Below, piece after piece: positions 1-9,964 of a stretch of 64,000 nt of DNA. The stretch's first letter is position 1. Each line of letters starts with the position of its first letter. The stretch spans positions 1,888,001 through 1,952,000 of the forward strand of contig CBDCSU010000006.1 of the NCBI GenBank assembly GCA_965221775.1. Direction: 5' to 3'. This DNA is from Candidatus Latescibacterota bacterium. GTDB taxonomy: Bacteria > Latescibacterota > UBA2968 > UBA8231. Under the pieces are notes generated by a model. That model did no database searches. It worked only from the letters and a program-made list of their open reading frames with translations, and had not been told where the DNA came from. Made by a program: the position numbers and the translations under genes.

Positions 1-458
<458 letters not shown>

Positions 459-576
459 TCTGCTGCAGGAATTGCACGCCGGCCCCGGAACGCCCGCCGG
501 CAAGTGCCGTCAGCGCTCCGGCCTTCCTTCCATAACTCCAGCAATAACCATCATATACGTGTGTTCCCGGTGTCTT

Positions 577-592
577 TGGCACCGAGTTTGCA
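577..592 (+). promoter_or_regulatory. Sigma-54 (-24/-12) promoter
   Basis: TGGCAC-cgagt-TTGCA matches the TGGCAC-N5-TTGCW consensus; an AT-rich stretch lies just upstream (~530-565). Confidence 0.7.
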
Positions 593-754
593 TGTGACAC
601 CACGGGCGGGAACCCGAACGCCCCGAGGCACCTCCCGACGCCGGACCGCTACCGGGGTCGGGATCATCGATGTGACACGTTCCGCGGTTTCCACCCGTTC
701 CCGGAGCGCAAGAATTGCAGCCCTTTGGCCCGGCACCCTCGAGTTGTCCTGCGG

Positions 755-1291
755 ATGTACGGCACTTTGACCAGTGATCGGGGGGTGGGTGCAGAATATG
801 CGCCCGCCGCTGCCGGTGAGTTGGCGGACATCGTCTCTCACCCCGCCCTGATGATTCCGGAGTTGGCCGCAGACAGCAAGATCGCGGCCATCAAGGAGCT
901 CGCCGACCGCCTCCGAGGGCAGGAGGTGGTCGAGGACAGCCTCGCCTTCATGCAGGCGGTACTCGAGCGCGAGAACCTGAGCAGCACGGTCCTGGCCGAC
1001 GGACGCATCGCTCTGCCCCATGCCCGGGGCCGCATGGTGCGCCGCCTGGGCCTGGCCATGGCCCGCACGAAGGCGCCGATCGAGTTCCCCTCGGGCGACG
1101 ATCGCCAGGAGGTCGGCATGATCTGCCTGATCGCCGTGCCCTTCGATGCCCCCGGCCTTTACCTGAGGCTGCTGGGGGCGCTGGCCCGGGTCTTCGGAGA
1201 CGCGGATTTCGTCTCGGCCATGGAGCACGCCGAGACGGCCGAGGAGATGCAGTTCCTGCTGGTGGACCGGGCGCGATGGATCGAGTCGTGA
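755..1291 (+). CDS. PTS EIIA domain protein (PtsN/fructose-mannitol IIA type); start uncertain
   Basis: VLERENLSST...IALPHAR with the conserved phospho-His; YLRLLGALAR helix. Confidence 0.85.
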   Translation: MYGTLTSDRGVGAEYAPAAAGELADIVSHPALMIPELAADSKIAAIKELADRLRGQEVVEDSLAFMQAVLERENLSSTVLADGRIALPHARGRMVRRLGLAMARTKAPIEFPSGDDRQEVGMICLIAVPFDAPGLYLRLLGALARVFGDADFVSAMEHAETAEEMQFLLVDRARWIES

Positions 1292-1340
1292 GCGCGCCCC
1301 CGAACCGGAAGAGATATCCCTAACCGATCAAGGAGTTGTG

Positions 1341-2213
1341 ATGGCTTACCCTCTGCATGAGGTCCTCAACAAGGAAGAGAGCACTCTCAGGCTCTACTTC
1401 GACGACATCGCCGATTCCACCCCCCTGTCGCGGGAAGAGGAGGTGGCGCTGTCGGCTCGCATTCACGCCGGCGACATGGGGGCTCGCGACGAGCTGGTGC
1501 AGGCCAACCTGCGCTTCGTCATCGACGTGGCCAAGAACTACCAGAACCGCGGCCTGTCGCTGGCCGACCTGATCAGCGCCGGCAACGTCGGCCTGATGAC
1601 GGCCGCCGAGCGGTTCGACGGCACCAAGGGCTTCAAGTTCATCTCCTATGCCGTGTGGTGGATCAAACAGTCGATCCTGCAGACGATCGCCGACCACGCC
1701 CGCACCGTGCGCCTGCCGCTGAACAAGCTGAGCCTGCTCAAGGACATCTCGCGGGCGTCCCACAAGCTCGGCCAGGGCCGCGACACCGAGCCCGAGATCG
1801 AGGAGATCGCCGCCGAGCTGCAGGTCTCTCCGCAGGAGGTGCAGGACACGATCCTGAGCGCCCGCTCGGTCCGCTCCCTCGACGAGAGCTTCGAGGAGGA
1901 CGACGAGCGCAGCCTGATGAACGTGCTGCGCGACGACGACCAGGCACCGCCCGACGGCGACGTGATGGAGGAGACGGCGCGGCGCCAGCTGGAGAACGTG
2001 CTGGAGGCCCTGGACGAGCGCGAGTTCAAGATCATCCGCCTCTACTTCGGTCTCGAGGGCGCCGAGGCGATGACCCTGGAGCAGATCGGCGGCCTGATGA
2101 ACCTGACCCGCGAGCGCGTCCGGCAGCTGAAGGAGCGCGCCCTGGGCAAGCTGCGGCACCCCCAGCGCTACCATGCGCTGATGGCGATCTGCGACGAGAC
2201 GGAGGTGTTCTGA
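1341..2213 (+). CDS. RNA polymerase sigma factor, RpoD/SigA family without region 1.1 (alternative sigma-70)
   Basis: LVQANLRFVIDVAKNY, DLISAGNVGL, KFISYAVWWIKQ, TLEQIG..LTRERVRQ; AAGGAG RBS. Confidence 0.93.
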   Translation: MAYPLHEVLNKEESTLRLYFDDIADSTPLSREEEVALSARIHAGDMGARDELVQANLRFVIDVAKNYQNRGLSLADLISAGNVGLMTAAERFDGTKGFKFISYAVWWIKQSILQTIADHARTVRLPLNKLSLLKDISRASHKLGQGRDTEPEIEEIAAELQVSPQEVQDTILSARSVRSLDESFEEDDERSLMNVLRDDDQAPPDGDVMEETARRQLENVLEALDEREFKIIRLYFGLEGAEAMTLEQIGGLMNLTRERVRQLKERALGKLRHPQRYHALMAICDETEVF

Positions 2214-2247
2214 GCGGCGCCTGAACGCTTGCAGCAAGGCCTTTCGC

Positions 2248-2285
2248 GAGAGCCGGTCCCCCCTCGGGGGGCCGGCTCTCTTTGT
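2248..2285 (+). terminator. Rho-independent terminator after the sigma factor gene
   Basis: GAGAGCCGGtCCCCC-ctcg-GGGGGCCGGCTCTC hairpin followed by TTTGT. Confidence 0.75.
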
Positions 2286-2309
2286 AGGATGGCGTGATTC
2301 TTGTAACCT

Positions 2310-2340
2310 GGAAATTTCGGTTGAGAACACCGAATTTTCA
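2310..2340. promoter_or_regulatory. AT-rich inverted repeat, candidate operator upstream of the AAA/DUF4143 gene
   Basis: GAAATTTCGGT-N7-ACCGAATTTTC, arms differ at one position. Confidence 0.5.
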
Positions 2341-2355
2341 CTGTAAATTCCCGGC

Positions 2356-3507
2356 GTGAACAGGCGAGAGAGAGAACGGGACAGAATCCTTGCACTGCTG
2401 CGGGACCATCCGGTGGCCGCCATCATCGGGGCCCGCCAGGTGGGCAAGAGCACCCTGGCAGGGCTCGTCGCTTCCGCCTGGGAGGGGCCGGTCGAGCGAT
2501 TCGATCTCGAGGACGAGGCCGATCTGGCGCGATTGGCCGATCCGTTGCGGGCCCTGCGGCCACTGCCGGGACTGGTCGTGCTCGACGAGATCCAGCGCGT
2601 GCCGCAGCTCTTCCCCGCCCTGCGCGTGCTCGCGGACCGGGCCGGCGCGCCGGCCCGGTTCCTGATTCTGGGCAGCGCTTCGCCGGAGCTGCTTCAGCAG
2701 TCTTCCGAAACCCTCGCGGGGCGCATCGCCTACCGCGAGCTGGGCGGGTTCGCCCTCGACGAGACCGGTGACACCCCGGCGAGGCTCTGGCGGCGAGGCG
2801 GCTTCCCGCGCTCCTACCTGGCGCGGGGCGAGGGCCAGAGCTTCGAGTGGCGACGGGAGTTCGTGCGCACCTTCCTGGAGCGCGACCTGCCCCAGCTCGG
2901 CGTCAACGTGAGTGCCCGCACCATGCGCCGGTTCTGGACCATGCTCGCCCACTACCACGGCCAGGTGTGGAACGCCTCCGAGTTCGCCCGCTCCTTCGGC
3001 GTCGCCGATACCACGGTCCGGTCCTACCTCGAGCACCTGGAGTCGGCCTTGGTGGTGCGGCAGCTGCAGCCCTGGCACGAGAACATCTCCAAGCGGCAGG
3101 TCAAGGCGCCGCGCGTCTACCTGCGGGACAGCGGCCTGCTGCACGCGCTGCTCAACCTGCCCTCGCAGCGGGACCTGGAGGGCCACCCGAAGGTAGGCGC
3201 GTCCTGGGAGGGCTTCGTCATCGATCAGGTGATCCGCCTTGCGGACGCCGCGCCCGAGGAGTGCTTCTTCTGGGCCACCCATGCCGGGGCGGAGCTGGAT
3301 CTGCTCGTTCACAAGGGCGGCCGGCGGCTCGGCTTCGAGGTCAAGCTCACCTCGGCCCCGCGCACGACCCGGAGCATGCACATCGCGCGCGAAGACCTGC
3401 GCCTCGACCGCCTCGACGTGATCCACGCCGGAACGCTGACCTTCGACATGGCCGAGGGAATCCGGGCGCTGGCGCTGCGGGATCTGGAAGGGTCGCTTCG
3501 AGGTTGA
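2356..3507 (+). CDS. AAA_14 ATPase with DUF4143 domain
   Basis: Walker A GARQVGKST, Walker B VVLDEIQ, GGFP, KRQVKAPRVYLRDSGL, C-terminal ELDLL..GFEVK. Confidence 0.88.
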   Translation: MNRRERERDRILALLRDHPVAAIIGARQVGKSTLAGLVASAWEGPVERFDLEDEADLARLADPLRALRPLPGLVVLDEIQRVPQLFPALRVLADRAGAPARFLILGSASPELLQQSSETLAGRIAYRELGGFALDETGDTPARLWRRGGFPRSYLARGEGQSFEWRREFVRTFLERDLPQLGVNVSARTMRRFWTMLAHYHGQVWNASEFARSFGVADTTVRSYLEHLESALVVRQLQPWHENISKRQVKAPRVYLRDSGLLHALLNLPSQRDLEGHPKVGASWEGFVIDQVIRLADAAPEECFFWATHAGAELDLLVHKGGRRLGFEVKLTSAPRTTRSMHIAREDLRLDRLDVIHAGTLTFDMAEGIRALALRDLEGSLRG

Positions 3508-3514
3508 AGACAGC

Positions 3515-5734
3515 ATGCTGCTGACCAGCGGCTTCCCCGACGGCCCGCACATCCATCACTTCCCCGGCGTCGCCCTTGACGAGCGCCGCCGTCGGCACGG
3601 GACCGGCCGCATCGACCGCTCGGCGCCCGTGTGGGCGGGCGAGCGCCTGGGGCTGAACCTGCGGTTCGAGCTCGGCGAGACGGCGGTTCCGGCGGGGGGA
3701 CGACTGCGCGTGGTCTGGCTGTGGCCCTTCGACTGGGCCACCCCGCAGACGGCCGATCCCGCGGCGCCGGACTACGTGCACGCGTCCTGCTCGAAGGCCG
3801 GTGTCGAGCTGCGGGTGACCTGCGATTTCCGGGGCGATCTCGTGCCGTGGAACCACCAGATCGACGTGGAGGTGGTTTCCGGCGAGCTGACCCGGGGCGA
3901 CCGGGTGGAGCTGCACTGCCGGGAGTGGCGGGCCCCGACCTTCGTGGCGCCGGAGGCGGAGCTGCTCTTCCTGATCAACCCCGAGGGAGGCCGCCGCTGG
4001 ATCCAGCTGCCGCCGGTGCAGGGATTCCCCGTGGTGGCCGGACCTCCGGCGCGGCTGGTCGCCCTGGCTCCCGCGGACGGGCTGGTCGACGAAGAGCTGG
4101 AGCTGACCCTGCGCGTCGAGGACGAATGGGGTAATCCCCTGCTCGTCGATGGTTCCGGCCCGGAGGTGGTGCCCGCCAACGGGGTGAGTGTCGTGTCCGT
4201 CCAGCCCGCCGGGGAGATGCCCGCCTACCGCGCCCGGGTGCAGGTCGACAGCCCCGGCGTCCACCGCATCGAGGCGGTCCTCCCCGGCTCCGGCCTGAAG
4301 GCGGTGACGAACCCGGTGCGGATCGCCCGCGAGCACCCCGCCCTTCGCGTCTTCTGGGGCGACCTGCACGCCGGCCAGGGCTGGATCGGCTGCGGGTACG
4401 GCTCGGTCCGTCACCACTTCGACTACGCCCGCCACGTGGCGGGACTGCAGGTCTGCTCGCACCAGGGGAACGACCACCACGTCAGTCTGGACCTGTGGGA
4501 GCGGACCCGCCGCGAGTCGTCCGCCGCCGACGAGGAGGGGCGGTTCGTCGCTTTTCTCGGCTGCGAGTGGAGCGCCGCCACGCCGGAGGGCGGCGACCGC
4601 AACGTCATCTACCGTCTGGACGAGCTGCGCCTGCGGCGGTCGGGCCGGTTCTTCACCGAGGACGAGCCCGACCCGGAGCCCGACCTGGAGACGGCGGCCG
4701 AGTTCCTCGAGGCCATGAAGGACGAGGACGTGCTCATCAACATGCACGCCGGCGGCCGGCCCACGAATCTGGATTTCCACGAGCCGGCCATCGAGACCCT
4801 GGCCGAGGTCCACTCCACCCACGGCACGTCGGACTGGTTCGTACTCGACGCCCTGCGCCGCGGCTATCGCGTGGGCGTCACCGCAGGAACCGACGGCGTC
4901 ACCGGCCGGCCCGGGTGCGATCATCCCGGCAGCGGGCTGATCCGCAACGTGCGCGGCGGGATCACCGCCTTCCTGGCCTCGGAGTTGACCCGGGAGGCGC
5001 TGTGGGAGGCGATGGCGGCGAGGCGGTGCTACGCCACCGACGGGCCCCGGATGAGGCTGGCGGTCACGGCCGACGGCCATCCCATGGGCAGCGAGTACGC
5101 CACCGACGGCTTTCCCCTGGTGGCCATCGACGTGGAGGGCACGACGGGGATCGAGCAGGTCGACTTGCTGTGCGGGACCAAGCCACTGTGGACGTGGCGG
5201 CCGGCCGCGGCCCCCGGCGACGGCGCCGTGCGCGTCCTCTGGGGCGGGACCGAGGCCCACGGAGGGGCGCCCCAGCAGCGCGCTCTCTGGAAGGGCCGGT
5301 TCACCGTCGACGGCGGTCGGATCGCCTGCATGGAGCCCGTCGCTCTGGTCACCCCCGTCGACCGCGTGCAACAAGTCGACGACCGCACGGTCCGCTTCGA
5401 CACGGTCACCGCCGGCAACCGCATGGGGATGCGCCTGGAGATCGAGGGCGGACCGGAGACGTGCTGCCGGTTCGACTCCGGGCCGGCCAGCTTCGGCTTC
5501 TCACTCTCCCAGGTGGGCGAGCAGCCGATGACGGTGGAAGCCGGCGGCGCCAGCCGCCACGTCATCGCCGGGCCGGCGCCGGACCCGGAACTGCCCTCGC
5601 GCGTCGAGCTCTCCTTCCGGGACACGCGCGCCGTCAGCGGCCCGTGCCCCTACTGGGTGCGGGTGACCCAGGTCGACCAGCACCGGGCCTGGAGCAGCCC
5701 CATCTACGTGGAGCGCCGGGCGGGGAGTAGCTGA
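3515..5734 (+). CDS. DUF3604-domain protein (PHP-like metallohydrolase)
   Basis: FWGDLH, GCEWS..GGDRNV, EVHSTHG, RRCYATDG, YWVRVTQ..AWSSPI motifs. Confidence 0.75.
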   Translation: MLLTSGFPDGPHIHHFPGVALDERRRRHGTGRIDRSAPVWAGERLGLNLRFELGETAVPAGGRLRVVWLWPFDWATPQTADPAAPDYVHASCSKAGVELRVTCDFRGDLVPWNHQIDVEVVSGELTRGDRVELHCREWRAPTFVAPEAELLFLINPEGGRRWIQLPPVQGFPVVAGPPARLVALAPADGLVDEELELTLRVEDEWGNPLLVDGSGPEVVPANGVSVVSVQPAGEMPAYRARVQVDSPGVHRIEAVLPGSGLKAVTNPVRIAREHPALRVFWGDLHAGQGWIGCGYGSVRHHFDYARHVAGLQVCSHQGNDHHVSLDLWERTRRESSAADEEGRFVAFLGCEWSAATPEGGDRNVIYRLDELRLRRSGRFFTEDEPDPEPDLETAAEFLEAMKDEDVLINMHAGGRPTNLDFHEPAIETLAEVHSTHGTSDWFVLDALRRGYRVGVTAGTDGVTGRPGCDHPGSGLIRNVRGGITAFLASELTREALWEAMAARRCYATDGPRMRLAVTADGHPMGSEYATDGFPLVAIDVEGTTGIEQVDLLCGTKPLWTWRPAAAPGDGAVRVLWGGTEAHGGAPQQRALWKGRFTVDGGRIACMEPVALVTPVDRVQQVDDRTVRFDTVTAGNRMGMRLEIEGGPETCCRFDSGPASFGFSLSQVGEQPMTVEAGGASRHVIAGPAPDPELPSRVELSFRDTRAVSGPCPYWVRVTQVDQHRAWSSPIYVERRAGSS

Positions 5735-5790
5735 GGAACCTGGGCACACTGGCGGGGTCCTACGGGAATACCCACAGGGAGGGACTCGCT

Positions 5791-7041
5791 ATGCAACGAC
5801 AAGCAACCGGATCGATCCGCCTCCCAGGTGTCACCAGGCTCCCGGCCATACTGGCCGCTTCATTTCTGCTGGCGAAGAGTGAAACGGCTGAAGCGACTCC
5901 GCAAAGCGGGGCAACAACGCCGTTCCTGCTGATCTCTCCCTCCGTGCGCGTCAACGGGATGGGCCAGGCGGGAGTCGCGCTGCCCGACGAGCCGGCGGGC
6001 TATTACAACCCCGGCGCGGCGGCCCTCTCCTCTCCGGAGTACACGGTCCAGAGCCGCCTATACCTCAGCAAGGTGCCGTGGCTTCCAGGGTTGGCGGATG
6101 ACCTGGGATACGGCTACCACGCCGTGCAGGCCACGGCCGGAGGCGAGCTGCCCGCCCTCTCCTGGAAGGGCCCGGCGAGCCTTGCAGCCGCGGTGTACGG
6201 ATACCGCACCAAGATGGACTTCGGGCCGCTGGACCGCATCGGTGACGTGGGAGGTGGGGCAGGTATTCCAGATGTCTCCGACGCCTGCAATAGTCTCGGC
6301 GTCAGCCTGGCCTTGCGATCCTTCCTGGAGGTGGGCGTCGGTGCGACCACCAAGTGGGTCTCGTTCGGTCTTGGTGAGACCAGAGAGTCAACCAGGGCTC
6401 ATGACTTCGGTCTCATGGCGGTGGCACCGGTGGACGGCATGCTGGAACGGTTCACCGGACGGGCACTCGCCCTGGGTCCGCATCTCCGGCCGCGGCTGGA
6501 CATCGGGTACGGCGTCGCCTGGCACAATCACGGTGCAGGATTCGTCCGTATCGGCGCGTGGCCGGCAGATCCTCTGCCGGCGAACAGACGGCACGGTTGG
6601 TCGGGCAGCCTGGCAATGGACTGGCGCTCGGATGCCCTCCGGCTCACGATCGGGAAAGTGACCTTTGCCCGGGAGACCTACCAGCCCCTGACAGAAGGCG
6701 TCCAGGTCAGGAGCCTTGAGGACCAGAAGAGGGGAATCGAGTTCTCGATTCTGGAGACGATCACCTTCAGGCGAGGCGAATACGACGACTTGGATGGTGA
6801 CATCCACTTCAGAACCAGGGGAGGGACCATCGGGTCAGACGGCTTCTTCAAGTACGTGGCGCATCACCTGGAGAGCGCACCCCCCGGTTCCTCGCTGGAC
6901 GCGTTTCTCTTCGTCGTCAGGCACTTGTCGATCAGCTGGTCCTGGTTCGAGAACGACCAGGCATGGCCGTGGGAGGGCCACTCCCATCTCGGGCTTTCCT
7001 TCCGATCACGGCAGCCCATCCAGATGCCACCGCCGCGCTGA
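5791..7041 (+). CDS. PorV/PorQ-like outer-membrane beta-barrel protein
   Basis: Signal peptide, then PFLLISPSVRVNGMGQAGVAL..YYNPG and WLPGLADDL, typical of the PorV N-terminus. Confidence 0.65.
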   Translation: MQRQATGSIRLPGVTRLPAILAASFLLAKSETAEATPQSGATTPFLLISPSVRVNGMGQAGVALPDEPAGYYNPGAAALSSPEYTVQSRLYLSKVPWLPGLADDLGYGYHAVQATAGGELPALSWKGPASLAAAVYGYRTKMDFGPLDRIGDVGGGAGIPDVSDACNSLGVSLALRSFLEVGVGATTKWVSFGLGETRESTRAHDFGLMAVAPVDGMLERFTGRALALGPHLRPRLDIGYGVAWHNHGAGFVRIGAWPADPLPANRRHGWSGSLAMDWRSDALRLTIGKVTFARETYQPLTEGVQVRSLEDQKRGIEFSILETITFRRGEYDDLDGDIHFRTRGGTIGSDGFFKYVAHHLESAPPGSSLDAFLFVVRHLSISWSWFENDQAWPWEGHSHLGLSFRSRQPIQMPPPR

Positions 7042-7047
7042 CCGCGG

Positions 7048-8187
7048 TCAGTCCAGGCTGACCAGCCGCAGGATCCGCCCCGGTCTCTCCACCGCCAGGT
7101 AGACGGCCCCGTCGGGGCCGGTCTGCACGTCGCGCACGCGGGACTCTCCCCGGTAGACGATCTCCTCGTGGATCACCTCCCGGCCCTCCAGCCGCAGGCG
7201 GTGCAGCCGGTTGAAGCGCAGGGAGGTCACCAGCAGGTCGTTCCGCCACTTGCCGAAGCCGTCGCCCGTGTAGAAGTCGATGCCGCAGACGGCGATGGAG
7301 GGCACCCACCAGGTCTCGGGCTGTTCCATGCCCTCGGCGTGGGTCGCGTCGGTGATGGGGGTGCCGTCGTAGTTGATGCCGTAGGTGATCGCCGGCCAGC
7401 CGTAGTTGAGGCCGCGGCGGATGTGGTTGAGCTCGTCACCGCCCTTGGGACCGTGCTCGGCGGACCACAGCTCCCCGGTGACGGGGTGCAGGGCCAGCCC
7501 CTGGGGATTGCGGTGCCCGTAGGACCAGATCGATTCGACGGCGCCCTGCAGTCCGGCGAAGGGGTTGTCCGCCGGCAGGGCGCCGTCGTCGAGGAGGCGG
7601 TGGATCTTGCCGCTCGGCCACTCCACGCTCTGGGCGAGGTCGCGCTGGCCGCGGTCGCCGATGGCGAAGTAGAGGAAGCCGGCGCGGTCGAAGAGGATGC
7701 GCGAGCCGTAGTGGTGGGCGCGCCGGGTGTAGAGCTGCTCCGGAACCCGGTAGACGATCTCCAGGTCGGCCAGTCCGCCCTCCCGAAGGCGGGCCCGGGC
7801 GATGACGGTGTGCCCCAAGGTTGAACCCTCCGGGCCCTGCAGGGGCTCCGAATAGCTCAGGTAGATCCATCCCTGCTCCGCGTACCGCGGGTGCAGGGCC
7901 ACGTCCATCAGGCCGCCCTGACCCCGGGCGAGGACGGCGGGCACTCCGTCGATCGGCTCCGAGACCGCTCCGTCCTTCCCGACGATGCGCAGCAGGCCCT
8001 CCTGCTCGGTCACCAGCAACCGGCCGTCAGGCAGGAAGGCGAGGCCCCAGGGCACCCCGAAACCCTCGGCGAAGGTCTCGACGCGAAAGCGGTGTTCCTC
8101 CGACTCGACGACGAGATCGGTGAGATCGGCCGTGGAGCAGCCCGCGGCGATGAGGGCGCAGAATGACAGCCGCGCCGGGAAGCTCAT
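7048..8187 (-). CDS. PQQ-dependent sugar dehydrogenase (glucose/sorbosone, GSDH family), lipoprotein
   Basis: PWGLAFLPDG, GQGGLMDVALHP, SYGHRNPQG, EHGPKGGDE, NYGWP; LIAAGC lipobox. Confidence 0.92.
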   Translation of the reverse strand: MSFPARLSFCALIAAGCSTADLTDLVVESEEHRFRVETFAEGFGVPWGLAFLPDGRLLVTEQEGLLRIVGKDGAVSEPIDGVPAVLARGQGGLMDVALHPRYAEQGWIYLSYSEPLQGPEGSTLGHTVIARARLREGGLADLEIVYRVPEQLYTRRAHHYGSRILFDRAGFLYFAIGDRGQRDLAQSVEWPSGKIHRLLDDGALPADNPFAGLQGAVESIWSYGHRNPQGLALHPVTGELWSAEHGPKGGDELNHIRRGLNYGWPAITYGINYDGTPITDATHAEGMEQPETWWVPSIAVCGIDFYTGDGFGKWRNDLLVTSLRFNRLHRLRLEGREVIHEEIVYRGESRVRDVQTGPDGAVYLAVERPGRILRLVSLD

Positions 8188-8200
8188 GACGGATCCTTGT

Positions 8201-8545
8201 CTATGGAGCGGGTTCACCCTCGGCCGCCCGCATCAGGGCGACCAGGGCGTTGATCTCGGAGGCGGTGAGGACCACGCCGAAGGCGGGCATGCCGTCGGCT
8301 TCGAGGCCGTCGGCGACGGCCCGGAAGATGGCGGCGGTGCTGTCGCCGCAGGCCCAGCGGCCGTCGATCAGGCTGCTGGCCATGCCGCCGTCCATGCCGG
8401 CGCCGTGGCAGTCGGCGCAGTAGAAGGCGTAGTGGCCTCGGGCGGCCCCCGGCGCCGGCACGTCATCGGCCGGGGAAGGCAGGCTTCGGTAGCCGAGATA
8501 GCCCGCTCCCGCCAGCAGCAGGCTCCACAGAAGCACTCGCCGCAT
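8201..8545 (-). CDS. Membrane-anchored monoheme cytochrome c
   Basis: CADCH heme motif, GMPAF axial Met, N-terminal hydrophobic segment. Confidence 0.8.
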   Translation of the reverse strand: MRRVLLWSLLLAGAGYLGYRSLPSPADDVPAPGAARGHYAFYCADCHGAGMDGGMASSLIDGRWACGDSTAAIFRAVADGLEADGMPAFGVVLTASEINALVALMRAAEGEPAP

Positions 8546-8627
8546 GGACAAGGCGCTCAGCGGGACCCGCGGCCCGGCCTCGGCCGTGCCGTGGGCCGAG
8601 GCTCTGGGCCCAGGCCCGGGGCGCGGC

Positions 8628-9962
8628 TCACGGGCCGTCAACCACGTCGAAGCGCAGGAGGACGTCGTGTATGCAACGAGTGCCGAACTCGAGGCAGCGC
8701 GCCGGGACGCGCTCGTCGGCGGCGTGGATGAGCCGGAAGACCTCGATCTCTTCGGGCAGGTCCAGGGGGAGGAACCCGTAGGTCTGGATTCCCAGGCGGC
8801 GGAACTCGCGCCCGTCGGTGGCGCCCACCATGAGCATGGGCATGGGCCGCGCTTCCGGGTCGCGGTCCTTCAGTACCGCCTCGAGAAGAGGCAGCAGCCG
8901 CAGGTCGGGATCTCCCATGGGCTCGCCCAGGGCCCGGGGCGGGTCGAACTCGACGTCGTCGCCCACCAGCGCCTCCAGGTCGGAGACCAGTTTCTCCGGG
9001 CTGGAGTCGGGGAGGATGCGGGCGTCGAAGCCCAGTTCCACCGTGCTCGGGACGACGTTGAACTTCTCACCGGCGTCGATCACCGTCACGTTCACGGTGT
9101 CGTGAAGGATGCAGTCGAAGGCGTCGCCCTCGGATCCCATGCCGTCGAGGGTGGCATCCGTCCGCGCGGGGTCGAGGAGGGCGAGGACGGTGGCCGCTTG
9201 CGGCTCCGGCAGGCCCGCGGCCACGGCCTCGATCATCGCCGCCGCCGCGGGGGTCACGTTCACCGGCAGCCGGCGCCGGTCCAGGGTCGTGAGCACCCGG
9301 CCGAGGCGGGCCATGATCCCGCCCCGGTGGACCATGGCCCCGTGACCGCCGGGACCGCGCAGGCGGCCGGTGAGCCGGACCACCGTCTTCTCCGAAACCT
9401 GGATCGGATAGAAGGATCTGCCGAGGACCCGCTCCCGGTAGCCGCCGAACTCCCCGAGGGCAAAGCGGACCCCCGCGAATTCCCCGGGGTGCTGCTCGAC
9501 CATGAAGCGGGCGCCGTGCTCGGCCCCGGCTTCCTCGTCGGAGAGCAGGCAGAGGATGACGTCCCCGGGCAGGGGAGCGCGCTCGTGGGCGGCGCGCAGG
9601 AAGGCGGCGATCATCATCGCGTCGCCGCCCTTCATGTCGAGGGAACCGCGGCCCCAGATCACGCCCTCGGCGCGTTCGCCTGCGAAGGGGTCGCGGCTCC
9701 AGGGCTGGCCGCCGGTGGTGACGACATCGACGTGTCCGTAGAGGAGCAGCGGCGGCTCGGAGCCGCCGCCGATCCGGGCCACCAGGTTCGGGCGCTCGGG
9801 GTCGAGGGCGAAGAGCCGGGACTCGATGCCGTAGGCGGCGAGCAGGCCGGCCACCCACTCGATGCAGGGACGCTCGCGCCCCGGGGGGTTGGTGGTGTCG
9901 AAGCGAAGGAGGTGCTGCAGCAGCGCTCCGGGATCGGCGTGGAGGCCGCGCAGATCCTCCAT
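8628..9962 (-). CDS. M20/M25/M40 family metallopeptidase
   Basis: DTTNPPG, YGHVDVV, GRGSLDMKG, DEEAG, GATDG, IHAADER. Confidence 0.9.
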   Translation of the reverse strand: MEDLRGLHADPGALLQHLLRFDTTNPPGRERPCIEWVAGLLAAYGIESRLFALDPERPNLVARIGGGSEPPLLLYGHVDVVTTGGQPWSRDPFAGERAEGVIWGRGSLDMKGGDAMMIAAFLRAAHERAPLPGDVILCLLSDEEAGAEHGARFMVEQHPGEFAGVRFALGEFGGYRERVLGRSFYPIQVSEKTVVRLTGRLRGPGGHGAMVHRGGIMARLGRVLTTLDRRRLPVNVTPAAAAMIEAVAAGLPEPQAATVLALLDPARTDATLDGMGSEGDAFDCILHDTVNVTVIDAGEKFNVVPSTVELGFDARILPDSSPEKLVSDLEALVGDDVEFDPPRALGEPMGDPDLRLLPLLEAVLKDRDPEARPMPMLMVGATDGREFRRLGIQTYGFLPLDLPEEIEVFRLIHAADERVPARCLEFGTRCIHDVLLRFDVVDGP

Positions 9963-9964
9963 GC

